From: a virus
Direction: 5' to 3' (one strand)
Length of the DNA: 64,000 nucleotides
IMG/VR virus record: IMGVR_UViG_3300049719_000158
Span: 1-64,000 of that record
Shown here: piece by piece, positions 61,671-64,000 of the stretch
Position numbering within the stretch: the stretch's first letter is position 1
Layout: the number at the start of each line of letters is the position of its first letter
Notes under the pieces: model-generated
The model's input: the letters and a program-made list of their open reading frames with translations, nothing else
Told to the model about the DNA's origin: nothing
The model's database searches: none
Made by a program: the position numbers and the translations under genes

Positions 61671-61961
61671 TTACACGTGTTGCAGAAATTTCCATAGCTT
61701 CGCATCAAGCAACTCGTTCACCGACTGCTCTAAATCCTGCATCGCAGCGTTCGCCTCAGCAATCGTGTCGCGTTGTTCCTGTTCAGTGAAACTCTTGTCT
61801 GTCAACACGAACTTCTTGACGCACTGTCTCACTTCGTCGACGAACTTACGCGCTGCTTCCTGAAACATAAAGTTTGGAATTCCACGAAGCGCATCTTCAT
61901 TGAGGTTCTTGTTGAGTTCCTCGACAATGATGCGTTGAAGCTGTTGTTTGCTAAGTTTCAT
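61671..61961 (-). CDS. Protein with MKLSKQQLQRIIVEE leader
   Basis: Shared motif. Confidence 0.75.
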   Translation of the reverse strand: MKLSKQQLQRIIVEELNKNLNEDALRGIPNFMFQEAARKFVDEVRQCVKKFVLTDKSFTEQEQRDTIAEANAAMQDLEQSVNELLDAKLWKFLQHV

Positions 61962-61964
61962 GTT

Positions 61965-62297
61965 TCAAATCTCATCAACGTCAAACACTTGTTCGCTCTC
62001 TAAATAATTTTTTATCGATGGGTACTTTCTCATGACGTTCAGCAACACTTCATCGCCCTCAATCATGCCTAAGTACTCTCGCCACGTCTTTGCACCCGCG
62101 CCCAATTCACCACACGCAACGACGACATGAGCGTCATCAGGTATTGACTTGGGATCCTGTGACATCGCAAACACGTAAGTCTCGGTGTACCAGTCGTCCC
62201 ACGTCGCCCACACGCTTCCCGGCCACGACGCCATGAAATTCTTGGCGTCTTCAATAACGTTATCACGTGATATCATTCCGACGATTACTGTTTTCAT
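61965..62297 (-). CDS. Hypothetical protein
   Basis: 110 aa ORF between leader-bearing genes. Confidence 0.6.
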   Translation of the reverse strand: MKTVIVGMISRDNVIEDAKNFMASWPGSVWATWDDWYTETYVFAMSQDPKSIPDDAHVVVACGELGAGAKTWREYLGMIEGDEVLLNVMRKYPSIKNYLESEQVFDVDEI

Positions 62298-62560
62298 TCG
62301 TCAAACTCATCCTCAAGATCAGAAATTAGTGCTTCAATGCCGTCTATTAAACGTTCTGCAACTGTTTGCACGAACAATTCATCACTACGCCACGCATTAA
62401 CACGAACATACGTACTTGCTAATATCTCAATTGCTCTCCTGATAGCGGGATTTAATCCCATATTTGGGCCTTGTGCAACTTCCATGTCAACTGTTCTCTT
62501 TTCGCCAGGAGACAATTCTTCCAAAATGATCGTTCGCAACTGTTGTTTAGTGAGTTTCAT
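62294..62560 (-). CDS. Protein with MKLTKQQLRTIILEE leader
   Basis: Shared motif; TAATTA upstream. Confidence 0.75.
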   Translation of the reverse strand: MKLTKQQLRTIILEELSPGEKRTVDMEVAQGPNMGLNPAIRRAIEILASTYVRVNAWRSDELFVQTVAERLIDGIEALISDLEDEFDE

Positions 62561-62572
62561 GATTGATAATTA

Positions 62573-63049
62573 TCAAGTCACCGCAAAAGTTGCCGCGGCT
62601 TTTTCCAACAACTCACGCTTCTTACATTCATTTTCAACAACAACTTCATTCGCTTGTTGCCTCGCGAGTTCCTGTGCGACGACAATTTCTGCCTCAAGTT
62701 CAACAACGATATCTACAATCGCTTGTTGCCACGGGCCTTCTTCACACCAACGTCCTGAACTGTAAACTTCAATTCTTTCACCTTCAATAGGCTTTGGAAC
62801 AGGATCACCATTATATTGAGGATTTGTGTCCCACTTCATGTATTTAACAGGATTCATCGTGTGAACCCACACCCTGCAATAATCATTGGTGTTCCAATCA
62901 TTCACAAATAGCATGTTTCTTCGCATGACGCCACATGGGTGGTATCGATACGAACTTCCCTCCCAAAAACCCGTGAGCTTATAATATCGTGCCTTTGTAA
63001 GCACATCACACATTTTAGAAGCAGATGGTGGTTGAATTGTGTTTTCCAT
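62573..63049 (-). CDS. Hypothetical protein
   Basis: Promoter repeat 63047-63085 ends at ATG 63049. Confidence 0.65.
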   Translation of the reverse strand: MENTIQPPSASKMCDVLTKARYYKLTGFWEGSSYRYHPCGVMRRNMLFVNDWNTNDYCRVWVHTMNPVKYMKWDTNPQYNGDPVPKPIEGERIEVYSSGRWCEEGPWQQAIVDIVVELEAEIVVAQELARQQANEVVVENECKKRELLEKAAATFAVT

Positions 63050-63090
63050 GTGACTATGATAACACATGTTTGATGAAAATTACACAATAA

Positions 63091-64000
63091 CTATCCACAT
63101 TTTGAGCTTAAACAACCTTCACAGTGAACACATCCATCAACATATACCAATTTGCCACCGCAATTTTCACAAGTGCCTGCGTCTTTTCCGTTTGGTATGT
63201 ACTGCTTCAACACCCTTGCCAAAACAGACGCAAACGACGTCATATCGCTGTTCTTGTCTTTCTTTATCTGTTCGACGATTTCGTACACGTCAACGCCTTT
63301 GCGTAAGCTCAGCGACAACAGACGCGTGAGAACTCCGTGGAGCGGATTGTTGAACATGTTCACGATGTCTTTGAGTAAGATGTTGTCGTCATTGCCGACT
63401 GGAATGCGTAGGTTATACGTTGTCACGCCGTCAGAGTTTTTGCCATTTCTTATAATGGTGGCTTTCTTTATCTTTTTTGGCATCGCGATGCTTTGGCTCA
63501 ACCCTGCAAATATTTCATATGGTTTCCCGTTGAGCAGTCCAACGAACACAGTGTACGCCTCGCCTTTCACGTTCGCTCGATGAATTTCACACTCAAGCTC
63601 CTTTGGGCGAGCAGACGTTTTTTCTTCTTTCTTCTTGTCTGCGTTAACTATCACACCGTCGCGACAGCCATCTCGATACACTGTGATGCCCTTGAGACCC
63701 ATTTTCCACGCCGTCCTTAGGATTTGGTCAACGACTTCAACGGGTGTGTCTCGATGGAGGTTCACAGTCTTTGAAATTGCGCTGCAAACGTAGCGTTGAG
63801 CTGCGGCCTGAATTTCAATCGACGACTTCCAATCAATCTCTTCACATGTTGCGCCAAAGTAGGGAGATAACTTTACGTCGGTGTTTCCCGTTGCTGACAT
63901 CCAGTCCTTGACACCCCTGTGTAAGACTTCATACTCCTGCCAACAATCACCTGACTTATCGATAAAGTCAATCTTTTCTGCATCACGTGGCACCTTGCGC
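63091..64000 (-). CDS. nrdJ: Class II (B12-dependent) ribonucleotide reductase, 3' part; runs off the window
   Basis: QAAAQRYVCSAISKTVNL, GLKGITVYRDGCR, RP..L, PYEIF, terminal C..CG...GC..C..C..SKCG. Confidence 0.9.
   Translation of the reverse strand, partial: RKVPRDAEKIDFIDKSGDCWQEYEVLHRGVKDWMSATGNTDVKLSPYFGATCEEIDWKSSIEIQAAAQRYVCSAISKTVNLHRDTPVEVVDQILRTAWKMGLKGITVYRDGCRDGVIVNADKKKEEKTSARPKELECEIHRANVKGEAYTVFVGLLNGKPYEIFAGLSQSIAMPKKIKKATIIRNGKNSDGVTTYNLRIPVGNDDNILLKDIVNMFNNPLHGVLTRLLSLSLRKGVDVYEIVEQIKKDKNSDMTSFASVLARVLKQYIPNGKDAGTCENCGGKLVYVDGCVHCEGCLSSKCG

Overview
This window looks like part of a large tailed-phage (jumbo/huge phage) genome: densely packed and mostly on the minus strand, with many short hypothetical ORFs. 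No capsid, portal or terminase gene is recognisable here. Recognisable genes include GroEL, four tRNAs plus one tRNA-like RNA, a 5'-3' exonuclease, a CHAP-like endolysin, ThyX, dCMP deaminase, a T4 gp42-like dCMP hydroxymethylase, a GT-B glycosyltransferase, two Fringe/GT31-like glycosyltransferases, UDP-glucuronate decarboxylase, a GalE/UXE-type epimerase, dNMP kinases, a dCTPase/dUTPase, the 3' end of a class II ribonucleotide reductase, and many partly decayed homing endonucleases. Four signals stand out. (1) DNA polymerase III alpha is split into two genes around a Vsr-like homing endonuclease. Each half carries an intact mini-intein, and the facing ends carry catalytically stripped split-intein fragments that may act as a non-splicing clasp. 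(2) A dispersed gene set could make pentose (xylose/arabinose)-modified hydroxymethylcytosine DNA. (3) About 15 unrelated proteins, including three minimal kinases, a Nudix hydrolase and an SOD-like protein, share an N-terminal MKxTxxxLRxxIxE-type peptide and an upstream TA(N)TTA motif, suggesting a virion-packaged cargo regulon. (4) A conserved GTGTAN-17/18-TATANT promoter family sits 5-7 nt upstream of ATG, implying leaderless mRNAs. A myxobacterial host is suggested but not shown. All family assignments come from motif recognition by eye; no database search or computation was run.
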